A stretch of DNA of 63,442 nucleotides from a virus. Lineage: Duplodnaviria > Caudoviricetes. The stretch spans positions 1-63,442 of IMG/VR virus record IMGVR_UViG_3300032241_001905. One strand, written 5' to 3'. A program made the position numbers and the translations under genes. The notes beneath the pieces were generated by a model. It was not told where the DNA came from. It saw only the letters and a list, made by a program, of their open reading frames with translations, and searched no databases. Shown one piece after another: positions 39,564-48,973 of this stretch (position 1 is its first letter; the number at the start of each line of letters is the position of its first letter).

Positions 39564-39640
39564 ATCATAAAAGTATAAACAACTGTGTTGTTGGTTTAGC
39601 TAAAACAGCAGGTGGGTTTATTTGGAAGTATAAAAATTAA
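39551..39640 (+). pseudogene. Remnant NUMOD1 DNA-binding tail of a lost homing endonuclease
   Basis: SINNCVVGLAKTAGGFIWKY matches the C-terminus of 41536-42240 (AISECCSGKRQSAYGYIWKF). Confidence 0.7.
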
Positions 39641-39656
39641 ATATTAACTTAATAGA

Positions 39657-40454
39657 ATGAAAATTTCACATGAAGTGCCTTTATGTTTTTTAAAGGAAAG
39701 TTTAAAATGGAATGACTACCAATATGTTCTTCCACATTTAATAGACCAATACCCTCAGTACAAAACCCATATGTTAGAGTACAGAGAAAAACCAGGTTCA
39801 TTTATAATATGTGATAATGGTCTTTTTGAGGGAGTAACTCATACTACTGAAGATCTAATTAGCAAAATTGAATTAATACAACCAGATGTGTTTATAGTTC
39901 CTGATGCTTGGAATGATTCAACTACAACACTTAGAAGTGCTAAGCATTGGATGATAAATTATAAGAAAAATTTACCTGAAGGAGTTGAGTTAATGGCTGT
40001 ATGTCAAGGTGAAGATATACTTGAATTAATAACTACATACCAAAATTTAGTAGATTTAGGATACACACACATTGCTTTTAACCATTCCAGCTGTGCTTAT
40101 TTAGAAATGAATCCTACATTTGCAGGAAGTAATCAGTTAAAAGCACAAATGTATGGTAGAATGGAGTTTATTAGAAAATTAGTTGAAAGAGATATAATTA
40201 GACCTACATTTTATCATCATTTACTAGGATGCTCTTTACCACAAGAGTTTATGTCTTACAAAGATTGGGACTTTATTAAATCAGTAGATACATCTAACCC
40301 AATTTTAGTTGGAGCAGAAGGAAAAAGATACACTAATGAAGGTATTGATTGGAAACCTAAAGAAAAATTAGAGCATTATTTTGAAAAAGATTTGAGTGGT
40401 CAAGTAGAAGATATTATATTTAATGTAAATAAATTTAAAAGTTATGTTCAATAA
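39657..40454 (+). CDS. Divergent TGT-fold protein, candidate DpdA-like 7-deazaguanine DNA transglycosylase
   Basis: CDNGLFE, VPD, AVCQG, HHLLG, SVDTS resemble the TGT DSG / D / vQG / HxLG / D motifs; between queD and queC. Confidence 0.6.
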   Translation: MKISHEVPLCFLKESLKWNDYQYVLPHLIDQYPQYKTHMLEYREKPGSFIICDNGLFEGVTHTTEDLISKIELIQPDVFIVPDAWNDSTTTLRSAKHWMINYKKNLPEGVELMAVCQGEDILELITTYQNLVDLGYTHIAFNHSSCAYLEMNPTFAGSNQLKAQMYGRMEFIRKLVERDIIRPTFYHHLLGCSLPQEFMSYKDWDFIKSVDTSNPILVGAEGKRYTNEGIDWKPKEKLEHYFEKDLSGQVEDIIFNVNKFKSYVQ

Positions 40455-40620
40455 TTATGAAGAATTTAAACAGCATGTTAATGATGAATGGGAAAGTGGT
40501 GCTATTAATGAATTAGAACAAGATGGTTTCCTAGTAATTGATACTGTAAATGAAGAAACAGGAGATATATTATATAGAATATTAACTGAAGAAGAATTTC
40601 AACGCTTGAATGAGAAGTAA
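40444..40620 (+). CDS. 58-aa acidic hypothetical protein, not in ORF track
   Basis: MFNNYEEFKQ...RLNEK open frame. Confidence 0.55.
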   Translation: MFNNYEEFKQHVNDEWESGAINELEQDGFLVIDTVNEETGDILYRILTEEEFQRLNEK

Positions 40621-40662
40621 GCGTTTAATAAATAAATACTTTCTCAAAAAAATAAAAAACAA

Positions 40663-41493
40663 ATGTCAAAGAAAGCAGTTTTAAGTTTATCTGGTGGAAT
40701 GGACTCAAGTACATTATTACTCCACTTATTAGCAAATGGTTACGAAGTTACAGCTCTAGGCTTCGATTATGGTCAAAAACACAAAGTAGAATTAGAAAGA
40801 GCTAAATCGTTAGTTGAATACATCAACAGTCAGTTTGATAAAACAGACGGAACAGCCCCTTTAACTTACTCTAAAGTAAAGCATCAAATTATTAAATTAG
40901 ATGGTTTATCTCAGCTATTAAACTCAGCATTAGTAGAGGGTGGTAATGAACTTCCAGAGGGTCACTATGAACAATCTAATATGTCTTTATCGGTTGTTCA
41001 AAATCGTAACAAAATATTTAGTTCTATTATTCAAGCAGTAGCATTGTCTGTTGCTGAAAAAGAAAATACTGAAACTATTATTGCTATGGGGATTCATGCT
41101 GGCGATCACTTAATTTACAAAGATTGTAGACAAGAATTTCGTGATGCTGATTATCAAGCTTTTTTAGAAGGTAATGAGAATGGGTATTTAGTTACTTATT
41201 ATACACCCTATCTTAAAGTTAATAAGTTTGAAATTTTAGAAGATGGATTGAAATCATGTGAGAAACTGAGTTTAGATTTTGACGAAGTATATAAACGCAC
41301 AAGCACTTCCTACAAACCTTACCCATCAGGAAACAGTGATTACAAATCAGCTTCATCGGTTGAACGTGTAGAAGCATTCATAAAATTAGGTCGCCCAGAC
41401 CCAGTAATTTATGAAGATGAAAATGGTATAGCTTCTTGGGATACTGTAGTAACTCATGTTAAGCAAGTATTAGAAGATTTTCAATCATCTTAA
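40663..41493 (+). CDS. queC: 7-cyano-7-deazaguanine synthase
   Basis: SGGMDS, FDYGQKH..E, NRN.IF, HAGD..Y.DCR. Confidence 0.92.
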   Translation: MSKKAVLSLSGGMDSSTLLLHLLANGYEVTALGFDYGQKHKVELERAKSLVEYINSQFDKTDGTAPLTYSKVKHQIIKLDGLSQLLNSALVEGGNELPEGHYEQSNMSLSVVQNRNKIFSSIIQAVALSVAEKENTETIIAMGIHAGDHLIYKDCRQEFRDADYQAFLEGNENGYLVTYYTPYLKVNKFEILEDGLKSCEKLSLDFDEVYKRTSTSYKPYPSGNSDYKSASSVERVEAFIKLGRPDPVIYEDENGIASWDTVVTHVKQVLEDFQSS

Positions 41494-41546
41494 ACTTTAT
41501 GATATTTATAGTAGTACCACATAATACTCTATAATATGAAAGTTTA
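41491..41546 (+). promoter_or_regulatory. Imperfect hairpin over the endonuclease AUG, with putative late promoter
   Basis: taaacttt / aaagttta and tatag / ctata stems; ATATTTAT at 41502-41509. Confidence 0.55.
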
Positions 41547-42240
41547 TATATATTGCCTATTTGATGAAAATGATATTCCATTATATGTAGGTAAAACTAA
41601 AAATAATCTTACATTAAGAGAATATCAACATCAAAGAAGATTAAATAGATTAGTAAAGATATTTGAATTAGATTATGTAGAATCAAATAATTGGAAATTT
41701 TGGGAATCATATTGGATTGAACAATTTAAAACATGGGGATTTAATTTATTAAATCAAAATAAAGGTGGTGGTGGAGTTTCAAACCATACTAAAGAATCAT
41801 GTTTAAAAATGAAATCAACTATTAGACCTAACACTTCAATTAAATTAAAAGGGATTAAACGTCCTGATGTAAGTAAAAGATTTAGTGGGGTCAAATTATC
41901 AAAAGAAACTTGTGATAAAATTAGCAAAAGTAAAATAAATCATATTTGTTATAAAGACTCAAAAAGAACAGAAAAAATATTAGAATCTAATAAACATAAT
42001 TATGAATTAGGTTCTAATAGAAATAAAAAAATATCTTCTAAACTTTTAGGAAGAGAAGCAGAATGGATGAAACAGAGAAGTAAAAATATAATACAATACA
42101 CTAAACAAATGATTCTTATCAAAGAATGGACAAGTGCATCCGAGGCAGCATTATCTTTTAATAAACAACCATCAGCAATTTCAGAATGCTGTAGTGGTAA
42201 AAGACAATCAGCTTATGGTTATATTTGGAAATTCAAATAG
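41536..42240 (+). CDS. GIY-YIG homing endonuclease with NUMOD3/NUMOD1 domains
   Basis: VYIY..YVGKT..R..H, E..WI..LLN...GG, C-terminal ISECCSGK..SAYGYIW. Confidence 0.88.
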   Translation: MKVYIYCLFDENDIPLYVGKTKNNLTLREYQHQRRLNRLVKIFELDYVESNNWKFWESYWIEQFKTWGFNLLNQNKGGGGVSNHTKESCLKMKSTIRPNTSIKLKGIKRPDVSKRFSGVKLSKETCDKISKSKINHICYKDSKRTEKILESNKHNYELGSNRNKKISSKLLGREAEWMKQRSKNIIQYTKQMILIKEWTSASEAALSFNKQPSAISECCSGKRQSAYGYIWKFK

Positions 42241-42303
42241 AAGTTTATTTGGCAAAATAAAGATAGTATATTAAATCATTGTAATCAAAAACCAAATATA
42301 GTC

Positions 42304-42540
42304 ATGAGTTATCAAACTAAAGTTCGTGCAAACAACTTAAACAAAACAGCAAAATTAGCATTTTACAAAGCTCGCAATCGTCAAGGCGATACAGCTCGTT
42401 TAGCTGAGGCTACAGGATTTACAACTCGTTTTGTAAATTATGTATTAGCTGATGAAAGAAATGTTAATGATGTATTAGCAAACGCGATGTACAATATTGC
42501 TCGTCGTAGAACTAAAAACAGTGAATTAGCAAAAGCCTAA
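42304..42540 (+). CDS. Small basic HTH-like DNA-binding protein
   Basis: ARLAEATGFTTRFVNYVLADER resembles an HTH; own terminator. Confidence 0.6.
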   Translation: MSYQTKVRANNLNKTAKLAFYKARNRQGDTARLAEATGFTTRFVNYVLADERNVNDVLANAMYNIARRRTKNSELAKA

Positions 42541-42557
42541 TTCTATACCCCAACCCT

Positions 42558-42586
42558 AAGATCCTGTCGAAAGGCAGGATCTTTTT
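42558..42586 (+). terminator. Rho-independent terminator
   Basis: aagatcctgtc-GAAA-ggcaggatctt plus T run. Confidence 0.85.
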
Positions 42587-42624
42587 CTTATCTTTAACAA
42601 AATAAAAAACATGGAGGAAAAACT

Positions 42625-42873
42625 ATGAAGTGTTTAAAAAGTTCAAAAACAGGAGAAATTATCAGAGTATCTGATGAACAAGCTAACAAAGCTACAAGTG
42701 AATGGAAATTTGTACCTAAATCAGAATGGAAAGCTTTACGTGCACCAGTCTCAGAAAAGCAATTAGTAGAAACAGAAGCTAAAGCTGAAACAATTAGCAA
42801 GAAAGCTCTACGTCGTTCTAAGTTAAAAGAAAAACAGCGTCCTGCTGAATCAACTGATAAAATTTTAAAGTAA
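42625..42873 (+). CDS. Hypothetical protein
   Basis: MKC.K...G.I.RV.D..A...W.F.PKSEWK. Confidence 0.65.
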   Translation: MKCLKSSKTGEIIRVSDEQANKATSEWKFVPKSEWKALRAPVSEKQLVETEAKAETISKKALRRSKLKEKQRPAESTDKILK

Positions 42874-43067
42874 TGACTCAAGAAAAAATTAACACAATCT
42901 TTCAGAGTTCTTTAGGACAGCAATTAACTGAAATATTTGTAACTCCTGATGATGGGTGTTTTATAAGACTGAGGGAAGCTCAGAACCACTGTCGTGATGT
43001 TTTAAAACAAGGTGATGATGCTAGTAAGTATGAGATTACAATATGGTATAACGAAAATGAATTTTAA
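42873..43067 (+). CDS. Hypothetical protein
   Basis: TAATG-coupled ORF. Confidence 0.55.
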   Translation: MTQEKINTIFQSSLGQQLTEIFVTPDDGCFIRLREAQNHCRDVLKQGDDASKYEITIWYNENEF

Positions 43068-43069
43068 TT

Positions 43070-43924
43070 ATGAGTAAAATAGATCCAAATAAATTACTTA
43101 TCTCATCTGACTTTTATACAGTACAGGGAGAAGGTATAAGTAGCGGTATTCCCGCTTACTTCGTTCGTTTAGGTATTTGTAACCTAACCTGCGGAATGTC
43201 TCGTGCATTTACTAACCAATTAGCTAAAGAGCAAAAATTAGAAGACGGAGAAATTTTCGTTGGTGATTTACATGCTGAAGGTAAGGCTACTTGGACTTGT
43301 GATTCTACAAGTCAATGGTTATGGAGAGGCGAAGATAAAGAATTTCAATATTTAATCAATCGTTGGAAAGAAGAAGGTGTATATGAAGATATCAAGAGTG
43401 GTTTAGTTCATATTATTTGGACTGGTGGTGAACCAACAATTAAAGGTCATCAAGAAGCAATTGTTAATTTCTGGAAATATTTTGAAAATAAAGTTAGTTG
43501 GTTAGACCATTATGATGATGAGTTTCTGGAGGCATTCAATGAAATAGAAACTAACGGTACTAACTATATTGAAGATGATTTATTTCATATGTTAGATCAA
43601 ATCAACTGCTCACCTAAATTAACTAATTCAGGTATGACAGAAAAACAACGTATTGTTCCTAAAGCAATTGAGCGTATTATGGAACATTCAAACTATCAAT
43701 TTAAGTTCGTTATCAGCACAGAAGATGATGTTAAGGAAATATTCCGCGACTTTGTTGAACCATTTAATATACCGCTTAAAAACGTTGTTTGTATGCCTGG
43801 TTTAGATGATGCTGCTAATTTTGAAGAACGTACTCGATTTGTAATGGAGATGGCTAAAAAATATAGATTTAGAGGATTAACGCGTTTGCACATTGCAGCG
43901 TGGAATAAAACATTAAACGTATAA
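43070..43924 (+). CDS. queE: 7-carboxy-7-deazaguanine synthase (radical SAM)
   Basis: FYTVQGEG..G.P..FVRL..CNLTC...CDS, TGGEP, IETNGT, SPKL, FKFV, RLH. Confidence 0.92.
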   Translation: MSKIDPNKLLISSDFYTVQGEGISSGIPAYFVRLGICNLTCGMSRAFTNQLAKEQKLEDGEIFVGDLHAEGKATWTCDSTSQWLWRGEDKEFQYLINRWKEEGVYEDIKSGLVHIIWTGGEPTIKGHQEAIVNFWKYFENKVSWLDHYDDEFLEAFNEIETNGTNYIEDDLFHMLDQINCSPKLTNSGMTEKQRIVPKAIERIMEHSNYQFKFVISTEDDVKEIFRDFVEPFNIPLKNVVCMPGLDDAANFEERTRFVMEMAKKYRFRGLTRLHIAAWNKTLNV

Positions 43925-43927
43925 TAT

Positions 43928-44050
43928 ATGTTAGAAAATACACTTTTAGTACTTATAGTGGTTATAATGCCATTATGCTTAATATTTGCAATTAGATATT
44001 TTAAAAAATGGGATAAAGAAACATTTATAGAAGATGAAAGTGAAAAATAA
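43928..44050 (+). CDS. Small single-pass membrane protein (40 aa)
   Basis: MLENTLLVLIVVIMPLCLIFAIRYFKK hydrophobic stretch. Confidence 0.45.
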   Translation: MLENTLLVLIVVIMPLCLIFAIRYFKKWDKETFIEDESEK

Positions 44051-44126
44051 AGATATAATATTGGTAATAATATCTACTATTTTAGGATTCTTCTTAGCAT
44101 CTTTAATGGTAAGATTTGGACTTTAA
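44034..44126 (+). CDS. Small single-pass membrane protein (30 aa)
   Basis: MKVKNKDIILVIISTILGFFLASLMVRFGL. Confidence 0.4.
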   Translation: MKVKNKDIILVIISTILGFFLASLMVRFGL

Positions 44127-44172
44127 TTGAAATTTTATTAAATTTAACAATAAAATAGAAATAAACTAATAA

Positions 44173-44901
44173 ATGGAAAACAAACGCAGACAAACAACAA
44201 ATCTTGAGACACTAGAATTAGCAAAAGCAGGTTTTGCAAATGGTATATCCCAACAACTAAAATCACTAATTGAAGATGGTTATCATCGTTCATTAACTGA
44301 TGATGAAAAATGGGGTATAGTAAAAAATGCAGAAGAAGCATATGGTAAATTTCTAGATGCTTTAGGTGTAGATTGGAGAAATGACCCAAACAGTATGGAA
44401 ACACCTCGTCGTGTAGCTAAAAAACTAGTATTCGATATGTGGGCTGGTAGATATAATTTACCTACTGATATTACTTCATTCCCTAGTGATGGATATAATG
44501 GTATAATTTTAGAAAAAGATATACCTGTGGTGAGTATGTGCTCACATCATCATGAAACTATACTAGGTAAAGTACATATTGCATACGTGCCTAGCAAAGA
44601 TGGAAAAGTTATTGGCTTGAGTAAACTAAATAGAATAGTTGAACACTTTGCTAGACGAGGAGCAATCCAAGAACAGCTTACGATGGCCATTCATAATGCT
44701 TTGGATAAAATAATAGAAGGCAACGAAGGTATCATGGTAATGATGCAAGCTACTCATAACTGTGTATCATGCAGAGGTATTAAACACATGGGAGCCAGTA
44801 TGATTACTAGTGAAGTATCTGGTGTATTTGCTGATCATACCAAAACTGCTAAACAAGAGGTAATGAGCATGATAGGGTATAAAATGGATGCTTATAGATA
44901 A
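44173..44901 (+). CDS. folE: GTP cyclohydrolase I
   Basis: ETPRRVAK, SMCSHH, GLSKLNR, QEQLT, HNCVSCRG. Confidence 0.95.
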   Translation: MENKRRQTTNLETLELAKAGFANGISQQLKSLIEDGYHRSLTDDEKWGIVKNAEEAYGKFLDALGVDWRNDPNSMETPRRVAKKLVFDMWAGRYNLPTDITSFPSDGYNGIILEKDIPVVSMCSHHHETILGKVHIAYVPSKDGKVIGLSKLNRIVEHFARRGAIQEQLTMAIHNALDKIIEGNEGIMVMMQATHNCVSCRGIKHMGASMITSEVSGVFADHTKTAKQEVMSMIGYKMDAYR

Positions 44902-45009
44902 GAAACACTAAGAAGTGGTAATAAGGTCGATTAAAATAAGTAAACGAAAGATGTTTGAATTTTTAAAACAAGAACAAGAATATAAATACATTAATAAAAA
45001 CTATTGGAA

Positions 45010-45537
45010 ATGTTAAACGCAAAACAAATTGTAGATGAAGATCTACTGTTATTAGAAAATACACAAGGAAAACCAGCTCAAGTTGGTTACGACTTATCAC
45101 TTAAAGCAATAAGTAAAATAGGTACTAGAATAGGATATAATATGTTTAACGAAGGTGCTATAGGTAAAGTACTAAAAGATAAAACAATATTAACTAAATA
45201 TACTCCTAAAGATACTGTAATGTTAGATGGTGTTGAAGGTTGGATGTTACCTGAAGGTGTTTATGATATTACATTTAATGAAGGTTGTAAAATACCTAGC
45301 AATCGTGTAGCATTTATTAAACAACGCTCATCTTTATACCGCAATGGAGCTATTATTAATAGCCCAGTATTTGATCCAGGATTTGAAACAGAAAATATGG
45401 GTACATTACTATATGTACACGAACCAATATTCATTGAAATTAATGCTCGTGTAGCACAAATTTACTTCCATGAATGTAATGGCGCCGATCTCTATAATGG
45501 GCAATGGCAAAATGATAAGCAAAGAGCTTCACTTTAA
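45010..45537 (+). CDS. Trimeric dUTPase / dCTP deaminase family protein
   Basis: GYDL, RSSLYRNG, FDPGF, RVAQI, YNGQWQ. Confidence 0.85.
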   Translation: MLNAKQIVDEDLLLLENTQGKPAQVGYDLSLKAISKIGTRIGYNMFNEGAIGKVLKDKTILTKYTPKDTVMLDGVEGWMLPEGVYDITFNEGCKIPSNRVAFIKQRSSLYRNGAIINSPVFDPGFETENMGTLLYVHEPIFIEINARVAQIYFHECNGADLYNGQWQNDKQRASL

Positions 45538-45541
45538 AAAT

Positions 45542-45563
45542 GTGGGAACTGCAAAGTTCCCAC
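45542..45563 (+). promoter_or_regulatory. Perfect 9-bp GNRA-loop hairpin just upstream of the DNA polymerase gene
   Basis: gtgggaact-GCAA-agttcccac, ending 13 nt before ATG 45577. Confidence 0.6.
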
Positions 45564-45576
45564 CTTATATTTAAGC

Positions 45577-48156
45577 ATGTATCAATCAATTTATTACGAT
45601 CGACCTACTTACACTTATTACTTACGTGATGATGAAAAAGGATGGTTAGATTTCAAATATACTCCTGAGTTATATAAAATAACACCTGATGGACCTTTAG
45701 AAACATTAGATGGTAAACGTGCTGCTCCTACAAGTAAGTACGAATGGAGAGATATTTCATTATATGAACAAGATGTTGATAAATGTACTCGTGTATTAAT
45801 TGATTTATTTAAGGATAGTGATGATGCTCCTATATACCACAATGTAGTTTATTTTGACATTGAGTGTGAAATTGGAGGAACATTAACATCTGAATATATT
45901 AAAACAGCACCTATGAAGATTACTTCAATTGCTGTTTATGATCAAACACTACAACAACACTATTGTTTAATTTTGGATGAAAAACAAGAATTAAAAAACA
46001 TAAGTGAAAATAATAGAAAGATTGTCCCATTTACTAATGAACGAAGTTTATTAGAAGGATTTTTAATATTATGGGAACGTATTGACCCAACTATTATTAC
46101 AGGATGGAATAGTGGATTCTTCGATGTACCTTACTTATATTATAGATTATGTAATGTATTAGGTAAAGAGGAAGCATCTAGATTATCTCCAATACGTAAA
46201 TTGAATTTTACTGAATGGGATACTTCTCAACCAATTGAGTTGGGAGGTATTAACCATTTGGATTATATGTTGTTATTTAAGAAGTTTATTGTAAAACAAG
46301 AACCATCTTATAAATTAAACGATATAGGAGAGAAATACGTTAAATTAGGTAAAGTAGAATATGAAGGATCATTAGATAAATTATTTAAGGAAGATGTAAA
46401 TAAGTTTATTGATTATAATATTCGTGACGTTGAAATTATTATTGCACTAGAAAAGAAACTTAAATTTATAGAATTAACAGTTGCAATTTGTCATTTATGT
46501 CATGTGCCTTATGAACAAATTTATTTATCAACTGTATTAAATGATGGAGCTATATTAACATACCTAAAACGTCAAGGTATAGTTTCACCAAACAAACCAA
46601 CTACAATTAACCCTTCACTTAAAGAAAGTAATAATGATGAATACGCAGGTGGGTATTTAAAAGATCCAACACCTGGTCTTTATGAATGGGTTATTGACTT
46701 GGACTTTACATCGCTTTATCCGTCCATTATTCGTTCTTTAAATATTGGAATTGAAACGCTTATAGGTAGAATAGTTAATAGTGGTAAGTACGATAACCAA
46801 TGGACTTATGCTGAGTTAAAAGAAATGAATCCTGATGATTTAGTAGTAATTGAGCGTTTAAAACCTGATTTTACAACAGTTAGAACACAAGTTGCTGTAA
46901 GCAAAATAATTCAAATGATTGAATCAAATCAATGGATTACTGCTGCTTCTGGAGCTATATTTCAAACAGATAGATCATCAGTAGTTTGTGATGTATTAAC
47001 TGACTGGTTTAATAAACGTGTTGAATATAAAAATTTAATGAAAACAGCTAAAAAAGCTGGTGATCATGTTAAAACTGAATTTTACGATAGACGACAACAC
47101 GCTTATAAAATTAAATTGAATGATGTTTATGGCTGTTATGCAATTAATGGATGGCGCTATACTGATGGACATAAAATTATTTCATCTGCTATTACATTAA
47201 CAGGTCAACGTGTAACACAAGAATCAATTAAGTTTGTAAATAAATGGATGAATAAAAAGTTAAATACAATAGATAAAGACTATGTTGTAACTTCAGATAC
47301 TGACTCATTATTTATTCAAGTTAAAGATTTATTATTAGCTAAAGGCGTTGATATTAATAATAAGGAAGAATGCGTTAAAGCTATATTAGAAACTGCTACT
47401 GAGGTACAAAAAGCAGCGAATGAAAATATATCTCAATTTGCTAAAACTGCTTTTAATTTAAATGATAGACAACATTATTTTGAATTAAAGCAAGAGGTAG
47501 TTATTGAGAGAGGATATTTTGCTGGTAAGAGACGTTATGCAATGTTAATTGTAAATAAGGAAGGTGTACCTGTAGAAGAAATGATAATGATGGGACTTGA
47601 TTTGATGAAATCAAATATGCCTCCATTGTATAAGAAATTTGGACAAGGTTTATTAACAGAAATTATGTCTGGTAAACCTAAACCAGAAATAGACAAACGC
47701 ATAGTAGATTTTAAGAAATCATTAGATCAATTACCTTGGATAGATTTAGCCAAACCAACAGGAGTAAAACAAATTAACTCATATATTGCTAAACGTCCAT
47801 CGCCTGGTGAAATATTTAGTGAATTTAAATTAAAAGCACCTATTAATACTAAAGCCGCTGTTTACTATAATGACTTACTTAAGTTTAAAAGAGCAGGTAA
47901 ACAGTATTCTCAATTTACAGAAGGTGATAAAATAAAGTACGTATCTTTAAAACCAAATCCATTTAATATTGATGTAATAGGTTTCAATGGTTTTAACGAT
48001 CCTGATTTTATTATTGAATTTATAGATAAATACGTTGATAGAGAAGATGCATTTAACTCTGTATTACTAAATAAATTAACAGGTGTATATGAAGATTTAG
48101 GCTGGGACTTTCCAGTATTAAATGAAAAAATAAATAGATTCTTTAAGTTTGGGTAA
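45577..48156 (+). CDS. Family B DNA polymerase (gp43-like)
   Basis: FDIE, GWNS.FFD, YNIRD, DFTSLYPS, K..LN..YG, SDTDS, KRRY. Confidence 0.96.
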   Translation: MYQSIYYDRPTYTYYLRDDEKGWLDFKYTPELYKITPDGPLETLDGKRAAPTSKYEWRDISLYEQDVDKCTRVLIDLFKDSDDAPIYHNVVYFDIECEIGGTLTSEYIKTAPMKITSIAVYDQTLQQHYCLILDEKQELKNISENNRKIVPFTNERSLLEGFLILWERIDPTIITGWNSGFFDVPYLYYRLCNVLGKEEASRLSPIRKLNFTEWDTSQPIELGGINHLDYMLLFKKFIVKQEPSYKLNDIGEKYVKLGKVEYEGSLDKLFKEDVNKFIDYNIRDVEIIIALEKKLKFIELTVAICHLCHVPYEQIYLSTVLNDGAILTYLKRQGIVSPNKPTTINPSLKESNNDEYAGGYLKDPTPGLYEWVIDLDFTSLYPSIIRSLNIGIETLIGRIVNSGKYDNQWTYAELKEMNPDDLVVIERLKPDFTTVRTQVAVSKIIQMIESNQWITAASGAIFQTDRSSVVCDVLTDWFNKRVEYKNLMKTAKKAGDHVKTEFYDRRQHAYKIKLNDVYGCYAINGWRYTDGHKIISSAITLTGQRVTQESIKFVNKWMNKKLNTIDKDYVVTSDTDSLFIQVKDLLLAKGVDINNKEECVKAILETATEVQKAANENISQFAKTAFNLNDRQHYFELKQEVVIERGYFAGKRRYAMLIVNKEGVPVEEMIMMGLDLMKSNMPPLYKKFGQGLLTEIMSGKPKPEIDKRIVDFKKSLDQLPWIDLAKPTGVKQINSYIAKRPSPGEIFSEFKLKAPINTKAAVYYNDLLKFKRAGKQYSQFTEGDKIKYVSLKPNPFNIDVIGFNGFNDPDFIIEFIDKYVDREDAFNSVLLNKLTGVYEDLGWDFPVLNEKINRFFKFG

Positions 48157-48183
48157 TCATAATAAAAAATATATATTTACAAT

Positions 48184-48909
48184 ATGAAAAAGTTATACGT
48201 AGAAGACGTCATTGAAAAATATCACTTAGGTGGTTTAGTTGAACGTGTTAAAATAACAGTTAGTGATAAAGTATTAACTACTAAGTTCTTAGCTAATAAG
48301 AAAAATCTAGTAGGTACTATTACTGCTCCTAACATAGAATTAGAAGATTGCGAATTTGGTGTATATGACACTACTCAACTACTTAAATTAATTGGTATTA
48401 CAGATCACTTTATTATATTAGGAGTTGACAAGAGAGGTAAAGTAGCCAACAAGTTACTAATTTCAGATAACGAATTTAATTTAGAATATATTTTAGCAGA
48501 TGTAATGTTAACACCATCAGTACCTAGTATTGATGAACCAGAATATGACATGGTAGCTGATGTAGATGATGATTTTGTATCACGTTTTCTAAAAGCATCA
48601 AAAGCATTAAGCACAGACGTGTTTATTGTTGAACAATCAAAAGATGTTGAAGATGAACAAGCAATTAAATTTACATTAGGTGGTACCGAAAATTACACTA
48701 ATAAAATTAACTTCACATTAAAAACACTAATACACGGCAAACCAGGTAAAATTACTAAGTTCCCATTAGAAGAATTTAACGAAATATTAGCAGCAAATAA
48801 AGAATTCAAAGCAGGTAAATTAAGCATTAGTGTAGATGGATTATTAAAGATTGAATTTGCTAATGAAGAAGGCGTTATAGTTAGCTATATATTAGTTGGA
48901 AAAGAATAA
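48184..48909 (+). CDS. Sliding clamp (gp45-like)
   Basis: Follows PolB; 241 aa; FGVYD..LL and GLLKIEF..Y.LV pattern; clamp loader nearby. Confidence 0.7.
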   Translation: MKKLYVEDVIEKYHLGGLVERVKITVSDKVLTTKFLANKKNLVGTITAPNIELEDCEFGVYDTTQLLKLIGITDHFIILGVDKRGKVANKLLISDNEFNLEYILADVMLTPSVPSIDEPEYDMVADVDDDFVSRFLKASKALSTDVFIVEQSKDVEDEQAIKFTLGGTENYTNKINFTLKTLIHGKPGKITKFPLEEFNEILAANKEFKAGKLSISVDGLLKIEFANEEGVIVSYILVGKE

Positions 48910-48973
48910 ACCTCCCGAAGGAGGCTTCGTGTGGAGATATAAATAACCATATATGTATATACGACATAACAAC

